Shown piece by piece: positions 20,262-28,848 of a DNA stretch of 49,857 nucleotides. Origin of the DNA: Escherichia phage PH1062; sequence record OQ680139.1, one strand, 5' to 3'. Within the stretch, counting starts at the first letter, position 1, and each line of letters opens with the position of its first letter. The position numbers and the translations under genes are program-made. Under the pieces are notes generated by a model, which worked only from the letters and a program-made list of their open reading frames with translations, searched no databases and had not been told where the DNA came from.

Positions 20262-20452
20262 GAAATACCCCTTACATAATTAACTAAAAATTTATGAGTC
20301 GTTGTATCGACTCCGCTCATTTCCTTCACCTTTGAAACAGCTTCTTCGGAGTTACTGGCCTCAACCTTTGCTTCAAAGTTTTGCTTACAAGATGCGCATG
20401 TGCGCCCCATTAGCAAAATAGTTAGCTTGACCTCAAACATATCAAACCTCAT
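20255..20452 (-). CDS. Hypothetical protein
   Basis: 65 aa ORF. Confidence 0.35.
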   Translation of the reverse strand: MRFDMFEVKLTILLMGRTCASCKQNFEAKVEASNSEEAVSKVKEMSGVDTTTHKFLVNYVRGISC

Positions 20453-20583
20453 TGTTAGGTCCGGTTACGGAGTCCGGCGGGCTTTCACAATGCCCCGATT
20501 TTTTGCGGCTTACGAACCGCTCGTTGCCACTTGGTGGCCTCGTCTGTTTACGAGATTAAAGATACCAGTCAGTGAGATGGTTG

Positions 20584-20778
20584 TCAATCAACTTTTTTAA
20601 AAGTTCCATACGTCGGGCAAACAGGGTAGTCGATCGCGACCTTGTTCCCCTCGTCACTGTAGACGTAAACGTATCCCTGGGAATCAACTTTTTCCACTGT
20701 GTACTCGCAGCCAGTAAAGAACTCATAACCGCGCGCGCCGATACACTTGATCACGTCACCCTTCTTGATCTTACTCAT
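20584..20778 (-). CDS. Hypothetical protein
   Basis: 64 aa ORF. Confidence 0.4.
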   Translation of the reverse strand: MSKIKKGDVIKCIGARGYEFFTGCEYTVEKVDSQGYVYVYSDEGNKVAIDYPVCPTYGTFKKVD

Positions 20779-20783
20779 AGATT

Positions 20784-21302
20784 TTACACCTTTAATTTTC
20801 TTCCATGGTTTACATGGTAACCAAATTCAATTTCAGCACTAAGCCTAGCAGCCACCGCATCATCGAAGTTATTGAAATACCCAAGACTGATTGCCTTTCT
20901 ATCCTTTGAAATTACCGCCTTCCACTTCTTATCCCTGCTCTGCCATGACACTCCAGTTACACCGCTTTTGTTTCTAACGCTCCTTGATTGATTCATGCCG
21001 TTTTCGATATGCGTAACAAGCCTTAAATTTTCCATCCTGTTATCTGACCTACTGTGGTTTATATGATCAATCTGCATCCCTTCTGGTATTCTCCCCATTA
21101 CAGACTCCCATATAATCCTATGAGCCAAGTAAAGCCTATTTTCAAACCTAACCTTTATATAACCATCTCTTTTGCACTTGCATCCAGCTACCGATCCGAC
21201 AACTACCTTTCTGCTTAATTTAAATGCCCATATTAGGTCGCCGCTTGACTCATCATATGAAAGGTAATCATTTATATCAATCATAAATACATTCTCCATC
21301 AT
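20784..21302 (-). CDS. HNH homing endonuclease with AP2-type DNA-binding domain
   Basis: IDHINHSRSDNRMENLRLVTHIENG then NKSGVTGVSWQSRDKKWKAVI. Confidence 0.75.
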   Translation of the reverse strand: MMENVFMIDINDYLSYDESSGDLIWAFKLSRKVVVGSVAGCKCKRDGYIKVRFENRLYLAHRIIWESVMGRIPEGMQIDHINHSRSDNRMENLRLVTHIENGMNQSRSVRNKSGVTGVSWQSRDKKWKAVISKDRKAISLGYFNNFDDAVAARLSAEIEFGYHVNHGRKLKV

Positions 21303-21516
21303 CCCGCCTTCCGCATCTACCCTCTATGTATCCAGCAATCCAAATAAAACGAGAGCGCGATATAATGGTCGCTACGGCATCATGGTGCTTGGTAATAATT
21401 GAGGCAACCATCTTATCATCTTTGCGATCTTTCTTGCTCAGGTTGGCATACGCTGCGTTTAATTTCTTGGCCTTGGCCTTTACTGCGTTCATCTGCGGAT
21501 CGGTTAATCCAAACAT
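21277..21516 (-). CDS. Hypothetical protein
   Basis: 79 aa ORF; overlaps the HNH gene start. Confidence 0.35.
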   Translation of the reverse strand: MFGLTDPQMNAVKAKAKKLNAAYANLSKKDRKDDKMVASIITKHHDAVATIISRSRFIWIAGYIEGRCGRRDDGECIYD

Positions 21517-21652
21517 TTCTCTTTCACCTCTTTGTATTGTTTAACCGCACCGCCGAGAACATTACGCGCTGCCTCGGCTGATTCCTTCGTATCGTGAACG
21601 GTGCGATGAATCTCTTTTCCGAACTTGCCTACTCCGTATGTGTGAATGTAAA

Positions 21653-21865
21653 TCATTCTTCAATCACCTTATATTCATTTTCGCTAATGCTGATTTCGTT
21701 GCCAACATGCACAAACTCTGTTTCACGGATAGCCTGGATTGAAAGGTCGCCGTCCTTGTATTTACCTGACACTTCAACCACGTCTCCGACTTTGAAGCCA
21801 CAATCTTCCAGAGTAAGAGCGTCGTCATCAGTGATATAGTTAACGTCGATAATTTCAATTTTCAT
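21653..21865 (-). CDS. Hypothetical protein
   Basis: 70 aa; AGGAAGCAGAAATG RBS-start right after family promoter A. Confidence 0.55.
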   Translation of the reverse strand: MKIEIIDVNYITDDDALTLEDCGFKVGDVVEVSGKYKDGDLSIQAIRETEFVHVGNEISISENEYKVIEE

Positions 21866-21895
21866 TTCTGCTTCCTCGTTCGTTTCGATGGGGTA

Positions 21896-21940
21896 ACTAT
21901 ACCGCTACCCCGATTCTGAGTTTTAACAAAAAGTGCTATC
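21896..21940 (-). promoter_or_regulatory. Family promoter A: 20 bp element, 19 bp spacer, TATAGT
   Basis: Sense strand AATAGCACTTTTTGTTAAAA; -10 sits in the loop of inverted repeat GGGGTA/TACCCC; followed by CCCATCGAAACGAA. Confidence 0.55.
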
Positions 21941-22117
21941 GCCGGTGATTTCGTGCATTCTTTTTCAACACCAACCATATTTTAAAACTGAAGATTTCAG
22001 GTTTGGTGAATCGTCGCTTCCCGTACTGTCGGCAAAGGCGGCGAACTCGTCGCTTATCCATCCGAAGGTCAGTAATTATCTTTTCTGATTTGATTAGCTT
22101 CATGACTAGTCCCCTTC

Positions 22118-22264
22118 GTTTTCGTCAAACTGTTGATTGTTGATCTGTTTAATTACTTCCCTCATAACTTCTGGCCGATCTAACTGGCCGTATCGAATTT
22201 TCTTTATAGAAATCGCCTCTTTAAGCTCTGCTGCTTGCTTGTCTGACAGGTTGATAGTAATCAT
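22118..22264 (-). CDS. Small hypothetical protein (48 aa; below ORF-track cutoff)
   Basis: My translation MITINLSDKQAAELKEAISIKK...; GAGAGGAAAGCAGAATG RBS-start ~30 nt after promoter B -10. Confidence 0.4.
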
Positions 22265-22293
22265 TCTGCTTTCCTCTCGCTTGGTGTGAACTA

Positions 22294-22339
22294 ACTATAA
22301 CAAAACCCGCCGGAGCGGGTTTAGCAATTCGTGCTATTT
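22294..22339 (-). promoter_or_regulatory. Family promoter B: element, hairpin spacer, TATAGT
   Basis: AAATAGCACGAATTGCTAAA; spacer holds CCCGC-tccg-GCGGG plus TTTT; element overlaps the TAA stop of 22338..22955. Confidence 0.55.
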
Positions 22340-22955
22340 ACCAAGGAATATCATCGGCCCATTCGTCGATTGCTGGTCGGATACCGCAGGCGCGAACCAC
22401 TGCCATGACGCCGCCGTCAATATCACCATTCACCAGATGCACGTCATGCTCGTTATATTTCTTGTAATCAGGAAAATGCGATTCCTTGATGCGTATGTAA
22501 TCACGGCTATCTCCCGCGAAGTTCTTGCCATCCATGAATAGGCGGACCAGGGTAACATCGTGACCATCTTCAACGAGTCGAATCACTTCATCGGGGAATC
22601 CGCCATCAGTGCAAACAAAACAGAATCCTTCATCACACAGACGGATATGTTCGCTCATCAGCTTACCGAACTGCTGGTTGCCAAAAAGCGGCTTTACCAC
22701 TGTTTCGCTAATCCAGATCATGAACTCACGGCAGGTCTTTCCACCAAGAAAGCTCTGGGGCTGCTCTTTCTGATCGCGGTCGTCGTATGCAGTGATGAAC
22801 TTTGAGAAGGCCCTGGCCCCAAGGATGGATGCGGCAATCTCAAACATCGGACGCTTGAAGCTGGTAGGGATGCAGTTGTAATCCGCTGCGAGCGCGTTGC
22901 CGATCGTGTCTTTACCAACCGAGGCTGGACCGTTGAGAATGATAATTTTTGACAT
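22338..22955 (-). CDS. P-loop kinase, dNMP kinase / polynucleotide kinase-like
   Basis: 205 aa; N-terminal ILNGPASVGKDT Walker A with the GKDT signature. Confidence 0.5.
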   Translation of the reverse strand: MSKIIILNGPASVGKDTIGNALAADYNCIPTSFKRPMFEIAASILGARAFSKFITAYDDRDQKEQPQSFLGGKTCREFMIWISETVVKPLFGNQQFGKLMSEHIRLCDEGFCFVCTDGGFPDEVIRLVEDGHDVTLVRLFMDGKNFAGDSRDYIRIKESHFPDYKKYNEHDVHLVNGDIDGGVMAVVRACGIRPAIDEWADDIPW

Positions 22956-23075
22956 TTGTGTTAATCCTCGTTATTGTGCCGCCATGCGTATTAAGCATGA
23001 GCTTTGCGTATTTTTAGTCTACATAGTGCAGGATAATATCAACGCCCCTGCTGCTGAATTTATGTTCGTATATCG

Positions 23076-23615
23076 TCACTTATGATGCACGCCATGCGAT
23101 CCGACGCCAGCATGTAGTTTATCGCCATAGTCACACACCTGGTATGTGGTGATGCCTAGGCTTCGAAAGTGAGCGATTACGTTAGGACTGTCATCAAATG
23201 CTGCCGTAATTTGATGCAAGCCAATATACCGCAAGAACTCCTCTTTGATGATGGTATCCTTTCGGTTATCACTTGCCTGGCGCATGACCATAACGTTATA
23301 TTTTGCTCCAGCATCATGAAGCCACTGAGTAGAAATCTCACACACCTCGTCTGAACGCCCTGTTAGAATAATGATGAACGCGCCGGAGTCAAACAGGCTA
23401 TTCATTACCTGAATAGTTGACTCGATAGGCTGATCATATTCTGAAAGTCGATTGAACTCAGACCATGACTCAGTAAGGTGCAAATCCTTTGTAGGCAACT
23501 TATGCAAACGATGCGATCCGTCAGATAAAGTTCCGTCGTAATCAAACAGGTAGACTGGCTTATTGATTGCGTCTGTGTTCAAGTGGTGCTTAATCATGGC
23601 GTACATCTGATTCAT
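23076..23615 (-). CDS. HAD-superfamily phosphatase (polynucleotide 3'-phosphatase / nucleotidase-like)
   Basis: 179 aa; LFDYDGTLSDG matches HAD motif I. Confidence 0.55.
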   Translation of the reverse strand: MNQMYAMIKHHLNTDAINKPVYLFDYDGTLSDGSHRLHKLPTKDLHLTESWSEFNRLSEYDQPIESTIQVMNSLFDSGAFIIILTGRSDEVCEISTQWLHDAGAKYNVMVMRQASDNRKDTIIKEEFLRYIGLHQITAAFDDSPNVIAHFRSLGITTYQVCDYGDKLHAGVGSHGVHHK

Positions 23616-23648
23616 TGGTTAACTTCCTTTCGTGTGGTTGATGTGTGG

Positions 23649-23693
23649 ATTATACCAGTCAGGATGAATCCCCTTTTAACAAAACGTGCTATT
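23649..23693 (-). promoter_or_regulatory. Family promoter C: element, 19 bp, TGgTATAAT
   Basis: AATAGCACGTTTTGTTAAAA; extended -10; element contains the TAG stop of 23689..24432. Confidence 0.55.
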
Positions 23694-24432
23694 TAATATA
23701 GAACTGAGCCACTACTCCGTCATAAATATTTAGGGCTGCGTATGCGTCAACTAACTCGCCATTAGCATTTATTACATTACCAACTTTCAATGCTCTCCAG
23801 CGGTAATCACCTTTTAGTCCAGAGAGGAAGGCATCTTGCGTGATGTGAATGACGCTCGGTTTATGACCTGTTTCACACTCGTCTACTTCATAATCATATT
23901 CTCCACCCTTGATGAAGCCATTCCCGCCAACGTAATAGCAAACCGCCACCTTGCGATCATTCTCTGACTCGCATTCGCCTACTGACATGGTAAGCGCCTT
24001 GCCTTCACCGAAATTGCTACCGAAAGTGAACTTGGCATCTTTCGTCAGGTAATCAAACTTTGCGCCATCATCCACGATGGTCTTGCCTGGGCCAGCCGCA
24101 AGCTCATTCACGAATGCATCGACAGTGCTGTGACACGGATCGCCATTGTACTTAGGCAAATCATTGAGCAATTGCTCACATGCTTCGTGCACCAGCTTAC
24201 CTACAGTTTCTTTGATTGCCTGCTCAACATGGTCAGCGATAATCGACGGTGCAGAAATTTGATGTTTTTGAGTCGATTCTAAGGCCTTTAAGCGTGCCTG
24301 TAAGGACTCGATTTCTTTTTTATGCATTGCGTAGGATACCCATGCTCCATCGTCGCAGGATTGCATTCCGACGCCGTGAATATTGACGCTGGTTGGCACT
24401 GACACAGGGATATAACGGTTGATGCTGTTCAT
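23689..24432 (-). CDS. Hypothetical protein
   Basis: 247 aa; no motif recognised. Confidence 0.6.
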   Translation of the reverse strand: MNSINRYIPVSVPTSVNIHGVGMQSCDDGAWVSYAMHKKEIESLQARLKALESTQKHQISAPSIIADHVEQAIKETVGKLVHEACEQLLNDLPKYNGDPCHSTVDAFVNELAAGPGKTIVDDGAKFDYLTKDAKFTFGSNFGEGKALTMSVGECESENDRKVAVCYYVGGNGFIKGGEYDYEVDECETGHKPSVIHITQDAFLSGLKGDYRWRALKVGNVINANGELVDAYAALNIYDGVVAQFYIK

Positions 24433-24473
24433 ATGTGATTCCTCAGTTGGTTTGTGTTCACTTGACAGGAGAC

Positions 24474-24518
24474 ACTATAGCTAATGTCTCCGAGCAAGTT
24501 TTAACAAAAAGTGCTATT
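24474..24518 (-). promoter_or_regulatory. Family promoter D: element, 19 bp, TATAGT
   Basis: AATAGCACTTTTTGTTAAAA; -10 in loop of GGAGACA/TGTCTCC; element encodes the last codons NSTFC and stop of 24501..24731. Confidence 0.55.
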
Positions 24519-24731
24519 CGATGAATCCGGCGCGAATTGCAGTTTCAAGTGTGCATACTGCTTAGCCGTCAGTGATGAGTGATAGGTAAAGATGCCAGCC
24601 TGGATACCCTTTACCAACTGATCCTGCGTAATGCCTGAGATATTAATAATCCCGTGTCCGCCACCAGTACGCAGGACCACATCGCCGACCGCACAAAATT
24701 CAATGCCTTTGCTGTTAGTGTAGACTTGCAT
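24501..24731 (-). CDS. Hypothetical protein
   Basis: 76 aa; good RBS AAGGGG. Confidence 0.5.
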   Translation of the reverse strand: MQVYTNSKGIEFCAVGDVVLRTGGGHGIINISGITQDQLVKGIQAGIFTYHSSLTAKQYAHLKLQFAPDSSNSTFC

Positions 24732-24918
24732 TTTTTAACCCCTTAACCTGACATGCTGTTCCTGTTCGGATGGCTGTTACTAAAAGAGTGAACACTGTAG
24801 CCTGGCTTATAGCCTTAAGCCATCGACCATGTTTTGGGTAGTAGACGTATCCAGTTCCACACGATACGGCGTACCATAAGCTACCTCGTCTGAAAACTAT
24901 TGGCTTCAACGGAATCAT
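24715..24918 (-). CDS. Hypothetical protein
   Basis: 67 aa ORF overlapping both neighbours at start/stop. Confidence 0.3.
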   Translation of the reverse strand: MIPLKPIVFRRGSLWYAVSCGTGYVYYPKHGRWLKAISQATVFTLLVTAIRTGTACQVKGLKNASLH

Positions 24919-25304
24919 AAGTAACCCTTCCCTACAGTTTCTCCAACTTCACGTGATGCCTTTAACTTGTTCCAGAAATCGAACGGGCCGACTGGCTCCC
25001 ATGCTTTCGGTTTGCCTGGCTCATTCCACCAACCGAGAACTGCCGCACTGCCGTAGCATGAATCCATCTGGCGACCGTCGCTGAAATAGCTTTTGAATAC
25101 GCGATTCAGTTCATCACCGCCAACCTTGATTGAGTTAGCTTGAGACTCAATTCCATATTTCTTCTCTAACTCCGTAGGCTCATCAATGAACCCCTCCACA
25201 ACGATCGGGTAAGAACCAGGATCGCGTGGGTTAGTCTCTTTCGGATGGAGCTTGAAGTATTCAAGCTCGGCATAGATGCTAGGGTTAAGTAAACGTACTT
25301 TCAT
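24915..25304 (-). CDS. Hypothetical protein
   Basis: 129 aa; ~43 nt after promoter E -10. Confidence 0.6.
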   Translation of the reverse strand: MKVRLLNPSIYAELEYFKLHPKETNPRDPGSYPIVVEGFIDEPTELEKKYGIESQANSIKVGGDELNRVFKSYFSDGRQMDSCYGSAAVLGWWNEPGKPKAWEPVGPFDFWNKLKASREVGETVGKGYL

Positions 25305-25347
25305 TTGTTAATCCTCTGTGATTGGTTATCTCTGCTTCAATAAGTCC

Positions 25348-25393
25348 ACTATATCAAATGGACTTGCGGAAGGTTTAGCAATTCGTGCTATTT
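25348..25393 (-). promoter_or_regulatory. Family promoter E: element, 20 bp, TATAGT
   Basis: AAATAGCACGAATTGCTAAA; -10 in loop of AAGTCCA/TGGACTT. Confidence 0.55.
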
Positions 25394-25482
25394 AACCACT
25401 ATCAGAAAGATAATCACCAGGAACAGAAGCACCCAGGATAACCCGACAAAAAGCAATTGCAGCACGTCAACTAATTTGAACT

Positions 25483-25701
25483 TCATAGCACTTCAACCTC
25501 ATCCTCTACAAAGGGCCAGTCGCCTGGTGCCATTCCTTTCTTGCTGAGCGCCGGAAGGAAGTCAGCGCCAACCATGTACATCGGACCCTCATCATCTTCT
25601 TCATATTTCCAGGCCATCGCCACTACTGGCAGCTTGCTTTTATCAACGCCCTGATACGGAGACTTGATAATGCGAATCTTAATCATTTCTTCATTGTTCA
25701 T
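25483..25701 (-). CDS. Hypothetical protein (start moved to internal Met with RBS)
   Basis: ORF track 25483..25800 overlaps the upstream paralog; Met at MNNEEMIKIRI has a GGAG RBS. Confidence 0.4.
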   Translation of the reverse strand: MNNEEMIKIRIIKSPYQGVDKSKLPVVAMAWKYEEDDEGPMYMVGADFLPALSKKGMAPGDWPFVEDEVEVL

Positions 25702-25897
25702 TGTGGCGCTCCATGTAGTCAGCCATTTTGATAAGGTGCTCACCCATTGCTCGGACAGTAGCCGGATCTTGCATTGGGAATGCTCCAGAGTCGTCGTCAA
25801 TAACGATTTCGACAGTGACGTTATCGCTATTGGTCATCGTGTCAATCCAGCAATCGTCATCGTCCATATCCTGGAAGCGCTTGCGATCGGTAATCAT
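25691..25897 (-). CDS. Small acidic protein, paralog family member 5 (most divergent)
   Basis: 68 aa; C-terminal PATVRAMGEHLIKMADYMERH aligns with the family motif. Confidence 0.5.
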   Translation of the reverse strand: MITDRKRFQDMDDDDCWIDTMTNSDNVTVEIVIDDDSGAFPMQDPATVRAMGEHLIKMADYMERHNEQ

Positions 25898-26118
25898 AAA
25901 ACCCCCTTCTCAGCGCGGTGGGCCGCTTCCATCAGGTGACACGCCAGTTGGCGCGCCTGGTCTGGCGTGTACAGCATGTAAGTGCTTGGGTATGATTCTT
26001 CGTGAGGATTGAAGTCAAGGCGCACCTTGAAAGTCACACGATCATTGCTGTGAATCTTCACAGCCTCAATTTCGGCCTGCTCGTTGTAGTCGTCTGCAAT
26101 GCGCACTTTAGTGCTCAT
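25894..26118 (-). CDS. Small acidic protein, paralog family member 4
   Basis: 74 aa; VRLDFNPHEESYPSTYMLYTPDQARQLACHLMEAAHRAE. Confidence 0.6.
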   Translation of the reverse strand: MSTKVRIADDYNEQAEIEAVKIHSNDRVTFKVRLDFNPHEESYPSTYMLYTPDQARQLACHLMEAAHRAEKGVL

Positions 26119-26157
26119 AAATTACCCCTTAGTTGATTGTTTCACTTCAATGAGTGC

Positions 26158-26202
26158 ACTATAGCAAATGCACTCACGGCAGTTTTAACAAAAAGTGCTA
26201 TT
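26158..26202 (-). promoter_or_regulatory. Family promoter F: element, 19 bp, TATAGT
   Basis: AATAGCACTTTTTGTTAAAA; -10 in loop of TGAGTGCA/TGCACTCA; element contains the TAG stop of 26198..26398. Confidence 0.55.
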
Positions 26203-26398
26203 CTATCACCTTCACTACCTTCTCTTTGCGATACGGTGCGCCGGACTTATGCAGCCAGTAGCGGGCCTGGGTAAGAGTACCCATTTTCTCAACCGTTACC
26301 CACCAGAACCAGGCGACTCGCTTCTGCACGGCGAACCATATGACCGGATCGCTGAAAGCTGTCTCGGTCCTGATCATCACTATGCGATACTTCTTCAT
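26198..26398 (-). CDS. Hypothetical protein
   Basis: 66 aa Trp-rich ORF, start/stop-coupled to neighbours. Confidence 0.4.
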   Translation of the reverse strand: MKKYRIVMIRTETAFSDPVIWFAVQKRVAWFWWVTVEKMGTLTQARYWLHKSGAPYRKEKVVKVIE

Positions 26399-26601
26399 GC
26401 CTGGTCTCTCCCTAGCTGGTTGTTGGCCTTGTTGGCTGCTGACACCAGTGCCGCCGCCATTGCCAGTGCCTGATCTGGAGTTAGAAATACCATCTCATCG
26501 CTAGCCAGGATTTCAACTTGGTCACTCTCCGCGCCTACCTCAAAGTAATCAGCGTAAAGGCATTTTACAAACACTGGAAAATTGATGTTTTTGTTGCTCA
26601 T
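26395..26601 (-). CDS. Small acidic protein, paralog family member 3
   Basis: 68 aa; VEILASDEMVFLTPDQALAMAAALVSAANKA. Confidence 0.55.
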   Translation of the reverse strand: MSNKNINFPVFVKCLYADYFEVGAESDQVEILASDEMVFLTPDQALAMAAALVSAANKANNQLGRDQA

Positions 26602-26708
26602 ATATCACCTCTAAATGGGCCTGTAACGGCCCGTTATTTTACTTACCCAATCGCCCATGCGACTTGAGATTATGTCGGTAGAGCTGCATTACGTGCTCAT
26701 TATGGTGA

Positions 26709-26930
26709 CTACTCATCTGATTCTGCCTCCACTTCCTCAGCCGCCAGGATTAGCGCCGCCGCCAGCTCGCGAGCCTGCTCAGCTGTGTAGGCCATTGCAG
26801 TTCCACCACCATAACGAGAATCTGGTGAAAGGTCCAGGTGAACACGCTTACGCATCTTGCCGAATGGAATCTTAATCACGGATACTTCAGTTTCCTTATC
26901 CCAAGATGAATTGACTCGAATATCTTTCAT
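26709..26930 (-). CDS. Small acidic protein, paralog family member 2
   Basis: 73 aa; VHLDLSPDSRYGGGTAMAYTAEQARELAAALILAAEEVE. Confidence 0.6.
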   Translation of the reverse strand: MKDIRVNSSWDKETEVSVIKIPFGKMRKRVHLDLSPDSRYGGGTAMAYTAEQARELAAALILAAEEVEAESDE

Positions 26931-27139
26931 TGCTTTTCCGCCTCGTCCGCTGCCAGGATTAATGCTGCCGCTAATTTTCTAGCCGCGTCAGGTGAGTATT
27001 GCATCAGTGTCTGGCAATCTCCGTATTCGTCAGGATTGAAGTCTAGGTTAACAACATGCCCGCGAACGGTTCCCATCGTGACGCTGACCTCTGCTTGGTC
27101 AAAGTGAACATCGTCAATACGTACAGCTTCCATAATCAT
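26927..27139 (-). CDS. Small acidic protein, paralog family member 1 (start moved to internal Met)
   Basis: VNLDFNPDEYGDCQTLMQYSPDAARKLAAALILAADEAE; track start 27187 lies inside promoter G, so Met at MIMEAV with AAGAGG RBS is more likely. Confidence 0.55.
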   Translation of the reverse strand: MIMEAVRIDDVHFDQAEVSVTMGTVRGHVVNLDFNPDEYGDCQTLMQYSPDAARKLAAALILAADEAEKQ

Positions 27140-27163
27140 TTCCTCTTTGTTGTCGATATGGTA

Positions 27164-27208
27164 ATCATAGCTGACTACCCCACCCATTGTTTAACAATTC
27201 GTGCTATT
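27164..27208 (-). promoter_or_regulatory. Family promoter G: element, 20 bp, TATGAT
   Basis: AATAGCACGAATTGTTAAA variant. Confidence 0.5.
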
Positions 27209-27398
27209 TGATTCGTCTCATATGCTGCGTTCGGTGTTTTTCCAGATAATCACACCGAGCTTTGGCTATAGAAAAATCACTATACGAACTATCAGTTGAT
27301 GAATGAGTTATGCCAGAAATCATAACTTGAAAAACTCCCTTTAATTGCATCACCCAAAAATCACCATTTTCATATGCTATGTTTGATTTTTTTAACAT
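27204..27398 (-). CDS. Hypothetical protein (start moved to internal Met)
   Basis: Track start (GTG 27458) lies inside promoter H; Met at MLKKSNIAYENGDFW is downstream of the -10. Confidence 0.4.
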   Translation of the reverse strand: MLKKSNIAYENGDFWVMQLKGVFQVMISGITHSSTDSSYSDFSIAKARCDYLEKHRTQHMRRIK

Positions 27399-27435
27399 TT
27401 TATCCACCAATCCAATTCTTGTTTTCGATGTTGTA

Positions 27436-27481
27436 ATTATACCGATTCCTTGCGGCACTGGTTTAGCAATTCGTGCTATTG
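27436..27481 (-). promoter_or_regulatory. Family promoter H: element, 20 bp, TATAAT
   Basis: AATAGCACGAATTGCTAAA; element encodes NSTNC and stop of 27463..27690. Confidence 0.55.
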
Positions 27482-27690
27482 CGAACGATTTCGAATTTAG
27501 CCATTATGACGCCAAGGCTTTTTATCATAAGAGCTTCACCTATCGTCTTCACTATGTACTCATTGCCATCAACCTTGATGTAGTATGAGCCATTAAAGCG
27601 AGTGATTGGCTTAGCCTTGTATATCCCACCATTCACGACTGAAAGGTTGTGGTGATTGGCTTGCCTTACATACACACATTTTATAAGCAT
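27463..27690 (-). CDS. Hypothetical protein
   Basis: 75 aa ending ...NSTNC. Confidence 0.5.
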   Translation of the reverse strand: MLIKCVYVRQANHHNLSVVNGGIYKAKPITRFNGSYYIKVDGNEYIVKTIGEALMIKSLGVIMAKFEIVRNSTNC

Positions 27691-28256
27691 TAATGCTCAC
27701 CATTCAGGAGAGATTTCGCTTTCCGGTAGAACTGGATGGCCTTCTCCACCTCATCGGCATCATAGCCATGAATCATGTCTGAGCTTGCCTGCAATTTGCT
27801 ATGAGATTTGCGCTCAACCGATCTCCATGAGTCGCACCACTTGTGAATGTCTCTCCCATACATGCCCACCAGGTATGGGTGTGCATATATCTTGTCACCA
27901 ATAAGGCAAATGATTCCAGCGTCCTGTAGTGATGGTAGGATGTTGTCAATCAGGTTATTCATTACTCCATTACGCTCGACGAACGGCTGGACCTTTCTGA
28001 TCGCCTCATATGTTGAGCGAACTCCCACAACGCCTTTTCCATTTATCGCTTGCTTCCAGATATTTTCAACCACGACGCATTGTTCACGATTTAGGTTTGC
28101 GCGACGCATAACTTCTACTTCGCACCAGTACTTTTGTGACTGTCGGTATCCGTTAGCATTGATTGCAATTCGTAGTGGTGGAAGCCCATCTTCCGTAGCA
28201 ATCTTCATAATCTGCTCATCTGTCAGCTTCTCTTCGTTAAAATCAAACATCCCCAT
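27690..28256 (-). CDS. Short paralog of the 30528..32111 NTPase (shares its N- and C-terminal domains, lacks the P-loop core)
   Basis: N-terminus MGMFDFNEEKLTDEQIMKIATEDGLPPLRIAINANGYRQSQ and segment INGKGVVGVRSTYEAIRKVQPF...LIGDKIYAHPYLVG match both ends of the 527 aa protein. Confidence 0.6.
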   Translation of the reverse strand: MGMFDFNEEKLTDEQIMKIATEDGLPPLRIAINANGYRQSQKYWCEVEVMRRANLNREQCVVVENIWKQAINGKGVVGVRSTYEAIRKVQPFVERNGVMNNLIDNILPSLQDAGIICLIGDKIYAHPYLVGMYGRDIHKWCDSWRSVERKSHSKLQASSDMIHGYDADEVEKAIQFYRKAKSLLNGEH

Positions 28257-28777
28257 TATTTCGTCTCCCTAATCATTTCCTGGTACATTTTGATTGCCTT
28301 GATGGCTCCTGTAATCTCATCGCCTTCAAACTCAGTCACGGATGGCATCAGCTTGAGTATTTTGACCTTAAAGTCGCTCACGGCCTTCTCTGCAATCTGG
28401 CCGTTTGCCTTCACTCGCTTTCCTGTCTGGATTGCGCCATCAACCAAAGACAGATAAGCACAACGAACCTCTACGTCATCACCGAAATCACCATCCTTAA
28501 TTGAAAGTTTTGCACGAACGTTTGCCGCCTGTATCTCTGGCATCCTGGCTACCGTATTGGCGACATATGACGCCTTCAGCTTTGACATGCTGTATCTGCC
28601 ACCTACATCCAGATCCTCACGACTTATGCCTCCCATATCACTAGATGTGAGGCCGTAAACCTGGCGAGCTATTAGATGGATTGGGACGTGGTAGCTGCGG
28701 TTCTCGGACTTGAGCGCTTGCTCCGCCATGTAGCGGACGACATCGCCCAGGCTTACGTGTTGATTATGATTTGACAT
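28256..28777 (-). CDS. Hypothetical protein, first gene of the leftward operon
   Basis: 173 aa; first ORF downstream of the sigma70-like promoter at 28820-28848. Confidence 0.6.
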   Translation of the reverse strand: MSNHNQHVSLGDVVRYMAEQALKSENRSYHVPIHLIARQVYGLTSSDMGGISREDLDVGGRYSMSKLKASYVANTVARMPEIQAANVRAKLSIKDGDFGDDVEVRCAYLSLVDGAIQTGKRVKANGQIAEKAVSDFKVKILKLMPSVTEFEGDEITGAIKAIKMYQEMIRETK

Positions 28778-28819
28778 AGATATTACTCCTGATTGGTGGT
28801 CTTCGTTAAGATGGGTGCA

Positions 28820-28848
28820 ATACTACCAGTGTGGTTACATGTTATCAA
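28820..28848 (-). promoter_or_regulatory. Sigma70-like early promoter TTGATA-17-TAGTAT (leftward)
   Basis: Hexamers at 17 bp spacing ~45 nt upstream of 28777; spacer carries GTGGTTACATGT, also found at 47464-47475. Confidence 0.5.
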
